Shown piece after piece: positions 37,061 to 50,178 of a stretch of 64,000 nt of DNA. This DNA is from Lophium mytilinum. Lineage: Eukaryota. Below the pieces are notes generated by a model, which saw nothing but the letters and a program-made list of their open reading frames with translations, did not search any database and was not told the DNA's origin. Location of the stretch: contig MU004186.1 in assembly GCA_010093605.1 (NCBI GenBank), positions 203,765 to 267,764 on the forward strand, given 5' to 3'. A program made the position numbers and the translations under genes. Position 1 is the stretch's first letter; each line of letters opens with the position of its first letter.

Positions 37061-38459
37061 CTTACGAAGGAACTGGATGACTGGAGAAGATGAAGGATGA
37101 GCTAATTGTGAAGTTGTGTTCGAAGCCTTTCACTATCCAGGAAAACTATGTTAGTAAGTGATGTCTCTGCTAGTCCTGACAATCACTTGAATCTCAAGGC
37201 ATTTGAAAATGACTCCAAAATCCTACTGTACGAACGCAAAGGTTTGGTTGTGCCTTTCTGACACTGCTTGTAGCACCTCCATTGTACTTTTACTGATGAA
37301 ACCTGGGGCAATTGGTCACAGGCCTAGTCTGCGCACATTTTTCTACTTCCACCGCCTGAAGTAGCCCAGCAGGGTATCAGAGCTTACAAAAAGATGGTCA
37401 AGAGGTTCATTCGAAAGTAGCCTTTGGCAAGTGGCAGGCTAGTAAGATGCAGTGGTCGAGATCACGAGCTCCTGCAGCGAGCTGGTATTACTGCAACAGC
37501 ACTAACCTCTGTGGACATCACGTATCACGGTATCACTGCTTGTAGTCATATGGTCTGCTTTCAAGAAACAGGACGATATATGATTGGATCGCTTTGAATG
37601 ACATGATAGCTCGCCGGGTCACGGCAGAGAGCTTCATCTATCCCTACATGATACGACTTTTGAAAGTTCACAAGAAATCAGCCACTACGAGATAGGTCTG
37701 TACACTCTCTATTAGATTTTTTCCAGATTCTTTATAGTATGCGGATCCACTCCGGGTGATGGCAATATGGGTTGGCTAAATGTAAGAACGTTCGTTCCTA
37801 GGTATTCACACTGCGTTGGAGTATCAATATCTCGGAAATCTCCGTCATGCGGCGGAGTACCTGAGACAATGGCAAGCAAGACTACGCTAACTCCTTTGCA
37901 GGCACTCTACCCTAAGCAGTGGGATCAGTACGTACGTGAATATGTGTGCTAGCATTGCACTCTCGCGCCGTCGATGTGACCAATGCGCGCATAGCTTTAC
38001 GAGCCTTTGGCAAACTGGCTACCTCCTTGTACCCATCGGCGAGCTCCTACAGATAGTAGCACAGGATCTGGACATTACTTTGCTAAAACTGCTCGACGCC
38101 GTTTGCAGCGCCTCAAAGAATCTTCAGTATCATCAAAGAGATTCAATTATACCTTGTGACAAGCCTAAAACCATGCCGGGCCACCTCGGACGGTGGTAGA
38201 ACAGTGTGCACAGAAAACACTTCACAGTCATCCGTCGCTTCCAAGTTTTCCATCGCCTGGAGTATTCGTCCAGTCTCCACCTTCCTGCTATATAGGATCC
38301 TTCCGGCTTGCTTCCCTTTTCTCTTCACGCAACATCCGTCACAGCGAACATTGCACGGGGATCGTTACAAACTTTAGTAATCCTTGCACAGCGACCATAA
38401 CTTCTCTACACTGTTTTACTACTTCGAGCCACCTCAGCCGACATTATTCTGTTGTCAAT

Positions 38460-38996
38460 ATGATGCCCAAGGCCACCCAGATCATGCTCATCCTCGCTAC
38501 TACGGGCTTCCTTGCCTCTGGAATGCCAACTGACGCCGTCACACACATCTCAGCTAGGCAGTTCCAGGCATCGCCAGAAAGCCCCGGGTGTGCTCAAGCC
38601 GGCGTCTATGTGTGCTCCGATCCTTATTGGCAGGGGAATTGTGTCTACCACTGCGGGCCGTTCGGTAGCAACCCCGACACCCAATGCACCAAGCTGGACG
38701 GATCCGCCTCCAGCATCGGACCTGATGCTGGTATCAAGTGTAATTTCTTCACGTGAGTGTTGTCTTGTGCAAGCTATGATACAAGTCGTCCTATTGATGA
38801 ATGGGAGGGGCGCTCTTTTCAGATATCAACTCTCTTGATGTATCATTCATGCTGACAGTCTTTGCTCAATAGAAATGGATATTGTGACAGCCTCCCCGGC
38901 GAAAGCCAAATCACACTCCAGTATCCAGGCAACGATAACCTTGCCTCGATCGGCTGGGACAACAAGGTCGCCAGCTACGCTTGCTTCGCGCTATAG
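38460..38996 (+). CDS. Small secreted protein with beta/gamma-crystallin-like domain (~138 aa)
   Basis: Signal peptide; GVYVCSDPYWQGNC, ASSIGPDAGIKCNFF, YPG..NL..IGWDNKVASYAC. Intron 38753-38872. Confidence 0.78.
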
Positions 38997-40171
38997 CAGA
39001 CGCTAGGTAGTTAGTTTTGGGACTCAGACTGCGATTGAGTGTGGAGCTTTTGGTGCTGAATCAATACTAGCTGAGGTCCTTCAGCCCGCTCATCAAAATC
39101 AGAATGCAATCTCAAACCTTCCAACTTGCAGATTAGAGTCAATGCTATGCATACAGGTTGACAGCGCCAGACGTGCTCCAATGAATCATTATCAATCCAG
39201 CTACGAGATCAAAGTCTGGCTCTTATGATTCAGACTCACAGCTTTATGTACAGCCTGACGTTTTCAGAAGCCCTGGGTCTGCAGCATGCCGAATCGAATG
39301 CACATTAGGATATCAAATCCTCAACGCGGAAGAATCATACACCAGTCACGAAGCTAATTCACAAGCATTTGACGCTGTTAAAGATCCTCTATAACAAGTA
39401 TGACGAACCTAAAGACGATAGTAAATGTTGAAACTGTAAATCGGAATGTTGAAACCGTGTACACGGGCCTATGAATTAACGAAGAACAGTACGTCGAATC
39501 CCCCCTGGCACAGCTCTCTCCCGAAAACACCACAAGCCCCGGGCTTCCCATCCCATGCCCTCTCCACACATCCTCGCTAAACACTGTACTCATCCCTTTC
39601 GCATCGCCAAGTCGCGCATCGCCCTCGCTACTCCCATCTCGCAGAACCTCGACCTTGTGACCCCATCTCGCCAATCTCCCTTCCCTAAACCAATCCCCCG
39701 CAAACCCCAACCCAATCCCCAGATTCTGTCTCTGACTCTAGGCCCGTGCCAGGGCTTCACATCACGCCAGACCATGCTGATTCCGGAAACGATGCATATC
39801 CGCAGCCGGAAAACCTCACAAATCCCATCCGGTCCCGATGCCGCCGAAAATTGCCGACCACCCCTCACACTCTTGTGGCACAGAGGAAAGATGCGAGTGC
39901 AATACTTAATTCCAGCTACCCCGTGGGAAAAAGCAGTTAGAGCAAGCATGGGCAGTCCTGGTCCTCGGGAATAGTGATTTGTTTTCGTTGTGAAAAATCT
40001 TGCGTGTGCTTTGGAGCGTTGTTGTTTCTTCGTTGACTTTTGCAGAACACTAACGAGAAGGTTGGATTACTCGGTTCCTGCATTTGTGCGGTTGGAAGAA
40101 AATTCGTACAAAGAGTCGGTACTGTTAGCTCCTGGTGCGGAGAGGAGGCTAAGAGACTGAAATCTGTCAAG

Positions 40172-42084
40172 ATGGCTACGGAAGCTGCTGAGCCCAAACC
40201 CGCTATGAGCCACCAAGAAAGCATCCACGAAGGCCACGACGAGATACACGCCTCTAAGCATGTCGTCCGCGCCCATGGCGACATCCTCGCTCAGGAAGCT
40301 CTTGGAGACGATCTTCCGCCAGGCTACTTCACCAGTATCCAGTTCATCGGCACTGCCTTTGTAAAGACCACCTTTCCTTCTAACGCACCCTCTCAATCAA
40401 ATACACTAACAGCTCCCACCAACAGGGCGTCGGTCTCAGCTGCGGCAACGGCTACTTAGGCTGGGTCCTGGCCTCCAACAGCCTCACAGCTATCAACGCC
40501 GAGCTGGGCCCTTCCGAGAACCTCCTCTGGGTGCCGCTCGCCTACATCGTGACCAGCGCCGTCGGATGGGTGCTCTTCGGACGTCTTTCTGACATCTTCG
40601 GCCGTCGCTGGTTCTACATCTCCGGGGATGTGCTAGGTCTCATCGGGTGCATCATCGCGGCCACAGCGCAAAACATGAGCGCCATGATCGTCTCCAACGT
40701 CTTCATCGGCTTCGGCGCCGCGATCCAGCAATCCTACGGTACGGTGATCCAAGAGCTAGTCCCGCTGAAAGCGCGAGGCGTCATGGCCGCCTTCGTGCTC
40801 ACAGTTGTGACGCCCGGCGCCGTGTTTGGCCCCATCATCGCGAAGTCGTTCATCGCGAACACGAGCGCTGGGTGGCGATGGGACTACTACCTGACCATCA
40901 TCACCAACGTAGTCGCCGGCCTCCTACTCGTCCTCTTCTACCACCCCCCAACCTTCGAAATGCTGCACATGGGCAAGACCAAGTGGCAGAAGATCAAAGC
41001 CCTCGACTTCGGCGGCATCTTCATCTTCATGGCGGGCGAAGTGCTTTTCCTGCTCGGCATCAACTGGGGCGGCCAACTCTACCCCTGGAAATCCGCCCAA
41101 GTGATCGTCTGCATCGTCCTCGGCTTCCTCATCATCGTCGCGCTAGTCTTCTACGAAGCCTTCGTCCCCGCCGACCCCCTAATCCCCGTCTCGCTCCTCC
41201 GCAACGTGCAATTCATGATGTTCGTCGTGTGCGCGTGTATCGGCGGCATGATCTACTACGCCCTGGGCATCGTGTGGCCGCAGACCGTCGCGACGCTCTT
41301 CTCCACCGACCTCATCCACCAGGGCTGGCTGTCCGTCTCCGCGACGGGCGGCAACCAGCTCGGCAACATCTGCTGCGGCCTCGCCTTCGCCCCGATCGGC
41401 CGCGTGCGCTACCAGCTCATCATCGCCGCCATCTGCATGACCGCGTTCGTCGCCTCGCTGGCTAGCACCACCCAGCACTCCCAGTCCCGCTCCATCGCCC
41501 TCTCCATCATCGGCACCTGGTTCGCCGGCTTCGTCGAAGTGATCCCTATTGTTTCGATCCCCTTCACGACCGCCCCGGAGGACATTGGCCTCGCGATCGG
41601 CGTCATGGGCGCGATTCGTGCGTCCGCTGGTGCAGTTGCTACCGCCGTCTACGTGTCCATTCTCAACAACCGCGACACGACGCTCTCCGCGAAGCTCATC
41701 CCCACCGCTGTGCTCAACGCCGGACTGCCCGCGTCTTCGCTGCCTGAGCTGTTTAAAGCGCTGGCGGCGGGCACGGCAGACGCGCTGGCGGCGGTGCCGG
41801 GGTTCAATGCGGGCGTGGGCGCGGCGCTGACGCTGGCGCAGAAGAACGCGTTCTCGGGCGCGATCAAGACGGTGTTTTTGGCGACGATTTCGTTTGGCAT
41901 GTGTGGGGTGATTGCGAGTTTGTTTGTGAAGAATATTGATCATTTGTTGACCGGGGATGTGGTGAGGAAGCTGCATAGGCGGGATGTGAGGGAGATTCAT
42001 GAGGCGGTGGTGAGTGATGAGGGGGAAGTGTTGGGGAATGAGAAGAGGGAGAAGGGGCCGGTTGGGGGTGTAGAGGCGGTTTAA
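40172..42084 (+). CDS. MFS transporter, fungal trichothecene-efflux (TRI12-like, 14-TM) family
   Basis: DDLPPGYFTSIQFIGT, GRLSDIFGRRWF, GWRWDYY, FYHPPTF, LDFGG, WGGQLYPWKSA. Intron 40361-40425. Confidence 0.9.
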
Positions 42085-42402
42085 GGGGCTGGTGTAGGTG
42101 GAGAGGGTTGGTGGATGGTTGTGATTAGGGGTGGGATAGGGGTATTACTATTACCATGCTCAAACACAATTGAAGCTCGAAACTATAACTTCGCAATTTG
42201 CTCGCGATTCGCTTTTGCCACGAGTAATGAGACGACAGAGAAAAACGCCTTACCTCCATACGTCTTTCAAAGATCTTGTTTACGCTGTCTTGACATCGTG
42301 AACGGAGCTTAAATGTCCGACGGTGTTTTTGAGGCGTCTCTTCGCACCATATGAGCTCGTTTGTATTGCTACGCCAAGTCTACAAACTTCTCGTCTCTTA
42401 TA

Positions 42403-44966
42403 TTAGTAAGATCGCGCCTTTGGTGGTACAGTCTAATGTTTTGATTAGTCAAACGATTATGTCAATGCTCACTTGAGAGAAACTCACTGCACATTCCTGC
42501 TGATCCAGCGTCTCGAACACTACACCTCTATATCCCACTCTGATATCATCGCCAGTACTCTTCTGCCAAGTTAGGGAGTGCTTCAACCACTCTCCATCAT
42601 TCCTCTCCTGAAAATCGTCTCTTGCGTGACTGCCTCTACTCTCTTTCCTTTCCAGCGCCGCCTTCGTTGTCTGCACGGCACATGTGAGTAGATTCCTCGT
42701 TTCCAACGTCTCTACAAGGTCGGAGTTCCATATAAGAGACTTGTCTTTGACCGAAAGCCGGGAGTTGAAGTCGCGCTCAACTGCACTGACAAGGTCTATG
42801 CCTGTGGAAAGGGAATCGTGGGTGCGGAACACGGCGACAGAGCTCTGCATGCTGCGTTGCAAGTCGTTTCGAAGAGAAGACGTCAGGATGTCGCCGTCTG
42901 CGAGGCGAACCGAGTCGAGATCGGCGAAGGAGTCGAGGCCGATGTTCGAAGGGACGGGAAGATGCGGTTGGGCAGGGGCATTGTTTACAGCGATGTCGAT
43001 TGCACATGCCCGACCCTGGGCGATGCTGTCAGAAGCATGGTCTGGCTTTTAGAAGGGACTGTGCAAACTGATGGACTTACGAACACAACAATGTCGAGTA
43101 AAGAGTTTGCTCCCAGTCGATTCGCTCCGTGCACACTCACACAAGCGGCCTCGCCAGCAGCATACAGACCTCCCACGACGCTTTCTTCGCCACTCTCAGT
43201 TACGTTGATGACTTGACCTTTGTAATTGGTTGGTATACCTCCCATACAGTAGTGTACCGTGGGTAAAACTGGGATAGGTTCTCGAGTGATATCAATTCCA
43301 GCGAAAATAGCCGCCGTCTCAGCAATTCCGGGAAGCCGTTCCAATATGAGCTCGCGCGGTAAGTGGGACAGCTGGAGGTAGATATGATCCTTTTCCGGTC
43401 CGACGCCGCGTCCTAGCAGGATCTCGAGGTTCATGGACCGAGAAACGACATCTCTTGATGCCAGGTCTTTTGCAGTAGGCGCGTAACGTTCCATAAAGCG
43501 TTCGCCTTCGCTGTTCAGAAGATATCCGCCTTCACCGCGGGCGCCTTCTGTGATTAAGACCTATATTTCCGTAAGAACGCGATAGTTCTCGGACAGGCAT
43601 GGAAGGGCTAGCTCACGCCTGCACCGTAGATACCTGATGGATGGAACTGTACGAACTCCATATCTTGGAGAGGGAGCCCAGCTCTTGCAGCCATTGCATT
43701 TCCATCTCCTGTACTCGTGTGAGCGCTCGTTGCGCTGAAGTAGGCACGACCGTAACCTAGAACTCATGATTAGTAGATTCATAGTATCTTGTCGCATTTG
43801 AGATAATGAGGATCTAGATGGACAAGAAGCGAGGATTTAGAAGCCGCAAAGATCGACTCACCACCAGTAGCAAGCACAGTGTTTCTTGCAAATATCCTAT
43901 GCAATGTACCATCTTCCATGCTCATGGCAGTGATTCCAACACACTTCCCGTCTACCATCATCAAGTCCATGGCAAAGTACTCAATGAAGAATTGGCAATC
44001 ATGCTTGAGACTCTGTCCATAAAGCGTGTGTAACATTGCATGGCCTGTCCGGTCTGCTGCACATGCGGTTCGATGCGCCTGTCCTCCGGTTCCGTACTTT
44101 AAGCTCTGGCCCCCAAGCGCTCGTTGGTAGATCCGTCCGTCTGATGTACGCGAAAAGGGCATTCCATAACGCTCGAGCTCGACGATGGCGTCCACGGCTT
44201 CGCGCGTCATGTAGTGGATCGCATCTTGATCACCAAGCCAGTCGCTGCCTTTGACCGTGTCGTACATGTGCCAACGCCAGTCGTCTTCAGTCATGCTGGA
44301 ATAACACAACTTTAGCTTAGTATGGCAAAGTTTGGATCACTGCCTGTGAGGGCATTCGGAGCCACTCACTTTCCCAGCGCAGCATTGATGCCCCCTTGTG
44401 CAGCCACAGTATGTGAGCGTGTGGGGAACAACTTCGAGACGCATGCCGTCTTAAGCCCTGCTTCTGTCAGACCAACGGCCGCCCGAAGGCCCGCGCCGCC
44501 AGCTCCAACAACAATTGCACTTGAAAAAATCAGCACTGCACTCTGAGGGTTGGTAATCGCTAATCTTCAATCGGCATGAAGACTCAACGATCTGAAAGCA
44601 TCGAAGGTACTTGACCGGATGTTTGTAGAATTGACGGTGACTGGAACCATGTTGGAAGCTAGTAACGGAAAGAAATTGATCGTGAGAGCTGCTACGCCGT
44701 CTACGAGGAGGCGGCTTGAAACGCCACCGACAATGGCTCTCCAGACACCTAGCTACTGGACATTCACACGGCGGTGTTGTTGCCCCAAGAAACACGAAAG
44801 AAACAAATACTTCATGTCGCAGTACGTACTCATAATGGTGGTCAATCACCGCATGGCCAGCTTTTGACAGGCCTGATGCTCTCCGCAATTGCTTCAGCGG
44901 TTGCAATGCTGGGAGGGGTATTCTTGACTGGAGGAGGCTACGTGTTACCAGTATGCAGGCCCGCAT
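42403..44966 (-). CDS. SDH1: Succinate dehydrogenase flavoprotein subunit (probably a divergent second paralogue)
   Basis: [30 protein letters not shown] (FAD His), [57 protein letters not shown] and C-terminal VPPKARSY. Multiple introns. Confidence 0.92.
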
Positions 44967-45596
44967 ATTGGTCTTGATGGAAGAACGAGAATTCTCCTAG
45001 CGACAGACATGGTGAATTGAAGGTAGATACCTAGGATGATAGTGTGGGGTTCGACCCCACATGAGGACGATCAAAAGGAAGACTCGCCCGGGCGGACTCT
45101 CAGGGCGTGGATTATTCCCGAGGTCGCTCGTAATTGGTCGCTTTTCATTGGCTATGCAGTTTTCGTCACACGACTCATGCCCGGGCGAGTACATCTCCAG
45201 CTACTTGCCTATAGTCTTACTTCGCTCTCTGGGTGTGGATGGAAATTCCTAGAGTGCACGTTGCCCAACGGAGAAAAGAAAGTTATGCGGACAAGTTACA
45301 CACACTCACCGACCTTAACTCCACGACTTCATCAACACTACACGACGAGCATTGCGTGGCATTGGGTAATCCACTGTGTAGGATTCAAATGTAAAGGCAA
45401 AGTAAGCTCTACTTGCAAGCCGTTTGATTTGAGGCGAGAGCGAGACGAATAGAATTGGGGCGGCCAGCACTCATCGGCGAGGTATATGAATAGCGCTGGC
45501 GCTCCACTTTAGTAGCAAAGGAGGTAAGTTGTCGTGATCAAGGTGCTTAGTTTTCCGTAGAGCCATTCCTCGGAGCTATAGGTTTCTCCAAAGGCT

Positions 45597-46294
45597 TCAC
45601 AGATCCTTTTCCATATGCACAACCTTCAAACTATCCCCATTCCCAAGCTTCACCACGTCCTCCACACCACTCCGCACATACCCGCTCTTCTCATACAACT
45701 TCACCCCCGTCAATGTGCTTCCCATTTCGAGCCTCTCAAATCCGCCCGTGCGCGCCGCTTCCTCGCAGTACCGCAGCATCTTACTGCCCAAGCCGCGACG
45801 GGACCAATCTGGATGCGTGAAGATGGCGCGGATGCTCGCACGGTCAGTGGCGGGGTCGCGGCGGGCGGGGAGACGGCCTAAGGGATGTTAGTATGTTGAA
45901 ATAAGTTATTTGAACGTCAATTGATCTTCGTGTGATATAGTATGTAGAAGGAGGTTGGACAGGAAAGGAGATGCGGCTTACCAGGCGCTCTATCGCCGCC
46001 GTAAAGCGTCTTCCTGAAGCTCCAACCACCAGATGCGACGATCAACTCTGGTTGCGTGGAAGGGTAGATGATGAAGTAGGTTTTGTCGTCAATCAGCAGC
46101 GTATCTGGTGCGAATATGAAGCCAATGGAGCCGTCGATTTGGGATTGGGTATAGTAGCCAACGGAAAGTTGGCGAATGGAGAGGTCTATCAGATTGACGA
46201 GTGCAGGGATGTCCGAGAGCGTTGCTAAACGGAAATGGAAAGATATTGGAGCTGGCTCAGATAGTGTTGAAAGGCCATTTTGAGGGTCCGTCAT
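45597..46294 (-). CDS. GNAT-family N-acetyltransferase
   Basis: ASGGWSFRKTLYGGD, RAIFTHPDWSRRGLGSKML..CE, LEMGSTLTGVKLYEKSGY. One intron at ~45981-45878. Confidence 0.88.
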
Positions 46295-47285
46295 TGTGAT
46301 TGATGCAGTTGATCAAAAGTCTTGAATGTCACAGTAGCTTGCTGAGTGATCTGAGTGAGTTTTTCATTAAAATGGATTGGAGTATTGATAAAATCGAAAA
46401 GGTTCAAGTGCCGATGCGAGCGTATACAGCAACGCAACGAGCTTGTCTCTCATGAGTCATGAGAAGATAAGGATGTAGTAAGATAGATCGCCGATATCGG
46501 TGAAATAATTAAAGGAAGCTATTATCAAGAAGCAAAAGCACCCACCAGTCGGTTTTCTGTAGACTAATGCTAGTAAAACTGGTAGAATAACAAACTGTGA
46601 ACGATTACGTGTCTTCGTTGCTGCATGTGACATGTATTGGACGAGGCGGCGTCGGAGAGGATCAATATAGGGAAAATAGTAGCCATAGCTTCGGGCTCCT
46701 ACTGAGCTTTACTAAAGTGAAAGTACACGTTGACAACAGAAACCGGATGTCGAGATTGTTGATGGTACCTTCGTAGCTTGTAGCTCCTGACTGGGGCAGA
46801 AAGCCTACGTGATCGAAGACCACAACGCGAGTTCAATGCGAAAACTACGACGACTAAAGTCTTGAGACGAGTTTAGTTGTTTTGAAAGGTTGTCTCACAA
46901 ATTAAAGTATCTCTATCGTCTGCTGTGAGAGTAGCAATATTTGCCACGTGATATAAGCCTTTGAGCCAATCAGGGTTTTGGACGCTTGGTTATCGCAAAA
47001 CAAAAGACCTTATGCGCACTAGTTTCATCATAGCCCGGGTGGTTTCAACACCTACGTCACAGCAGTAACCTCTAATTCAACGCAACCTGCCCTGGAAGCA
47101 CTAGGACGATGGAGCTATTGAATCACGAATCTACTTGTGATTTGGGGACAGCCCTTTCTTTACAAGCCCTACATTACCAATTCTCTACACAAGACCCCCC
47201 ATAACGTCCGAATCTCCTCCTTTTCCACGCCCACGAACCGTCTTCAACTCTTTTGACCCCGCCGCTCTCATCTCCGGTCCTCATC

Positions 47286-48824
47286 ATGGGTATGGACGCG
47301 TCTGAGATCGTCACCCCCTTCTTGGGAGCTCTACAAGCTTCAATTGCAGTCCTGCTAACTATATTCTTTGGTGTGCTGGCGGCGCAATTCAATCTACTCT
47401 CCGGTGACTCTGCCAAAGAAGTATCACGGACATGCGTGTGCATGTTTCTGCCTGCGTTACTGATCACGAATGTGGGCGCCGAATTACATCTGGATACCGG
47501 CATAAGATACCTTCCCGTTCTCCTTTGGGCAATTGTCTACAACCTGCTTTCAATGCTGCTCGGCGTCTTTGCGACCCGCGTATTCAAGCTACCTGCATGG
47601 GTTACTCCAGCTCTGGCTTTCAATAACACGACGTCGTTGCCACTTCTGTTGATCCAATCTCTTGAATCCACGGGTATACTCAACTCCATATTGATGGGCG
47701 ACAGCGACACTTCATCCGCGGCCATCAATCGCGCCAAATCGTACTTCTTGGTGAATAGTATGGTGTCCAATAGCCTGACGTTTGCTCTTGGCCCTAGACT
47801 TCTTCGGCCGCATGACGAGGACGCATCAGATGACGATAGGGCGAAACCGGACCAGGGGCACTCAGGATCGCATGATTATCCTATCAATCAGCGGGAGGAA
47901 GATGTGGAGAACGCGCCAATGCCAGTTCCAGGAACAACGAGCAACGACAACGCACCCAACGGTCACCATGAACGGGAAAGCAGCGAAGTCAGAACACGAG
48001 AAGATGCCATGCAGGACTTCGTTGACGAGGAGACTTCCCTGCTTCCGCGAGCATTAATTCAGAAGAGCCGCCAAACTGAGCGGGAGGGTTACAGGAAGGG
48101 AAGACACTACTGGGACCGCATGCCAAAGTGGGCCCAAGAGATTCTGAAAGTCATGTATGCTTTCGTCAATCCTCCGCTCATCGGCGCTCTCCTTGGTGCG
48201 CTCATTGGTCTTGTTCCGGCTCTCCACCGCCTCTTCTTCAACGACACCAACAGCGGTGGATACTTAAATGCATGGCTGACAGCAAGCATTAAGAATATCG
48301 GTGATCTCTTCGCCTCGTTGCAGATTATTGTGGTTGGAGTAAAGTTGAGCCAGAGTCTGCGCAAGATGAAGAAGGGAGAAGAGAGCGGTGCAGTGCCATG
48401 GAGGAGTATGACATTTATTACGTTCATTAGGTTCATTCTCTGGCCGCTGTAAGTCACTCCTCAACCACATTAGTCGCAACTTATATCTAAACGTCAAATA
48501 GAATCAGCATTCCAATCATATGGGCTGTAGCAACAAGAACTAGCTTTTTGGACGCGGATCCAATATTGTGGTTTGCTATGATGCTGATGCCGGCCGGGCC
48601 ACCAGCAATGATTCTTGTTGCCCTTGCGGATGTCAATGGGTCCGAAGAAAAGGAAAAGATGGCAATTGCAAAGTTTCTTACTGTGAGTTCGATACGTTCT
48701 AGGAGATTGAAGCTTCTCAAACTGACTCTTAGATTAGATATCGTATGCCATTACTCCATTGATTTGTCTAGCAGTGGTGGGGAGTTTGAAGGCAAGTGAG
48801 GCTGCTATTGGATCTAGGCCGTGA
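47286..48824 (+). CDS. Auxin-efflux-carrier (Mem_trans/PILS-like) membrane transporter
   Basis: MFLPALL, AFNNTTSLPLLLIQSL, NPPLIGA..G..IGLVP, DPILWFAMMLMPAGPPAM. Two 3' introns. Confidence 0.88.
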
Positions 48825-50178
48825 GGCCTGGGGAAAGCTCTAAGACTGGAGTTGGAAATTGGGCATTCTACTTTATAGCAATCCGAGTTCATCAAAAGCT
48901 AGGACGAAAAGTATCTGCAGTAGAGCTACGTACGCATTCTGTCGCGATCCCTGGGGGCGCTGTCGAGACTATCTAAAATCTACGTCCTTAAGGACACACT
49001 TGACGTTAATTTTGCTATAGTCTCCAACTGAGCATTAATCCGCGTCCCCATCACTGCCTTGAGAAATCTGCCCAGTGTGAGGCCCGTCTGATAGTGGTGT
49101 TGTCGCGGTATCACGTGACATAGATGAAATGGACGACTATAGTCCTTCGAGACGTAACCATATCCAAGCAAAAAGATGAACAGTACAGTCTGACCGAGCT
49201 CGACCAACGATCCTCCTGCTTCGTGGAATTTCAAGCTCAACGACTTTTTCAAGAGCAGCCTTCAGCTGTGAATTGAAAGCGGAAAAAGAAAACATGATTA
49301 GCCGGATCAGGTCAGGGGCAGCAGATCAGGCACACCAAGGTGATATTCCACGACGCCTATTGGCAGGCCAATCTTGTGATCAGCGTAAAGAAATTGGCCA
49401 ATACGGGGGCCGGGAGACTCCCGATCGCGAGGTCTGTGAGGTGGCCCTGACAGATGTATCATGGAAGCACAACAGGAGGCCAGAACGGCCACGATAACGG
49501 CGCAGCTGACATCGGAAAGCTGCTGCACAGGGAGCCTTGCAGAGCTGTCTGCATAGATGCAGTCTGACGCCGCATCCTGGCCGGAGGAGCTCCGTGGGTC
49601 GCACCAGGGCGCCTTTGGAGGGCCCTCGATTCCACGGCTGCCACGCGGACGTCTCGTAGGAGTTGGCGGCGAAGAGGCTGAAGTTTGGAGAGCAAAACAC
49701 CAAGGCAGCTTCCAGCACGAGGACCTCGAGTGTCTCGATATAGATATATGAAGAGCAGCAAATACATAGCAAGTGTTAGCAAGCGCACCGTCTCATGCCA
49801 AGCTGCTGCAGGAACATCCTAGCGCATGCCAGGTGGACCCCGTGAACGTTTTACGGTTTTATGTCGAGAAAGCGGTCGCACCAGCGCGTTTCGATCACAC
49901 AAACGTCCTGCCTACCAGCCTGCAGTCTTACCTCGATACCGCGATCGTTGCTCGCTGTCCTACCCAGGCTCGCCCTCACCCGCAGACTGCCCTGCTCGTC
50001 CAGCTTCGCCGCCCTCTCCTCCGTCTCCGCCCATCCTTCCCGTACCCATCAGGGGCATCCTTAAACACGCGCTATAATCGCCCTCCCGAACATCTTAAGC
50101 AGTCCTGCTCGAACGGGCCTCTATTTCAACCCGTAATGGTTTTGCGCCGACACGTCTTTACATAGCGCGACAGGTGCC

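Noticed and set aside
39421..39460. Short direct repeat aatgttgaaac x2 upstream of the MFS gene
   Set aside because: Too short to distinguish from a chance micro-duplication.
44700..44790. tRNA gene in the SDH1 intron
   Set aside because: Only a T-arm-like hairpin is present; no convincing cloverleaf or acceptor stem could be built.
40172..46294. Secondary-metabolite cluster around the TRI12-like MFS and GNAT genes
   Set aside because: No PKS, NRPS, terpene synthase or cluster transcription factor lies in the window.
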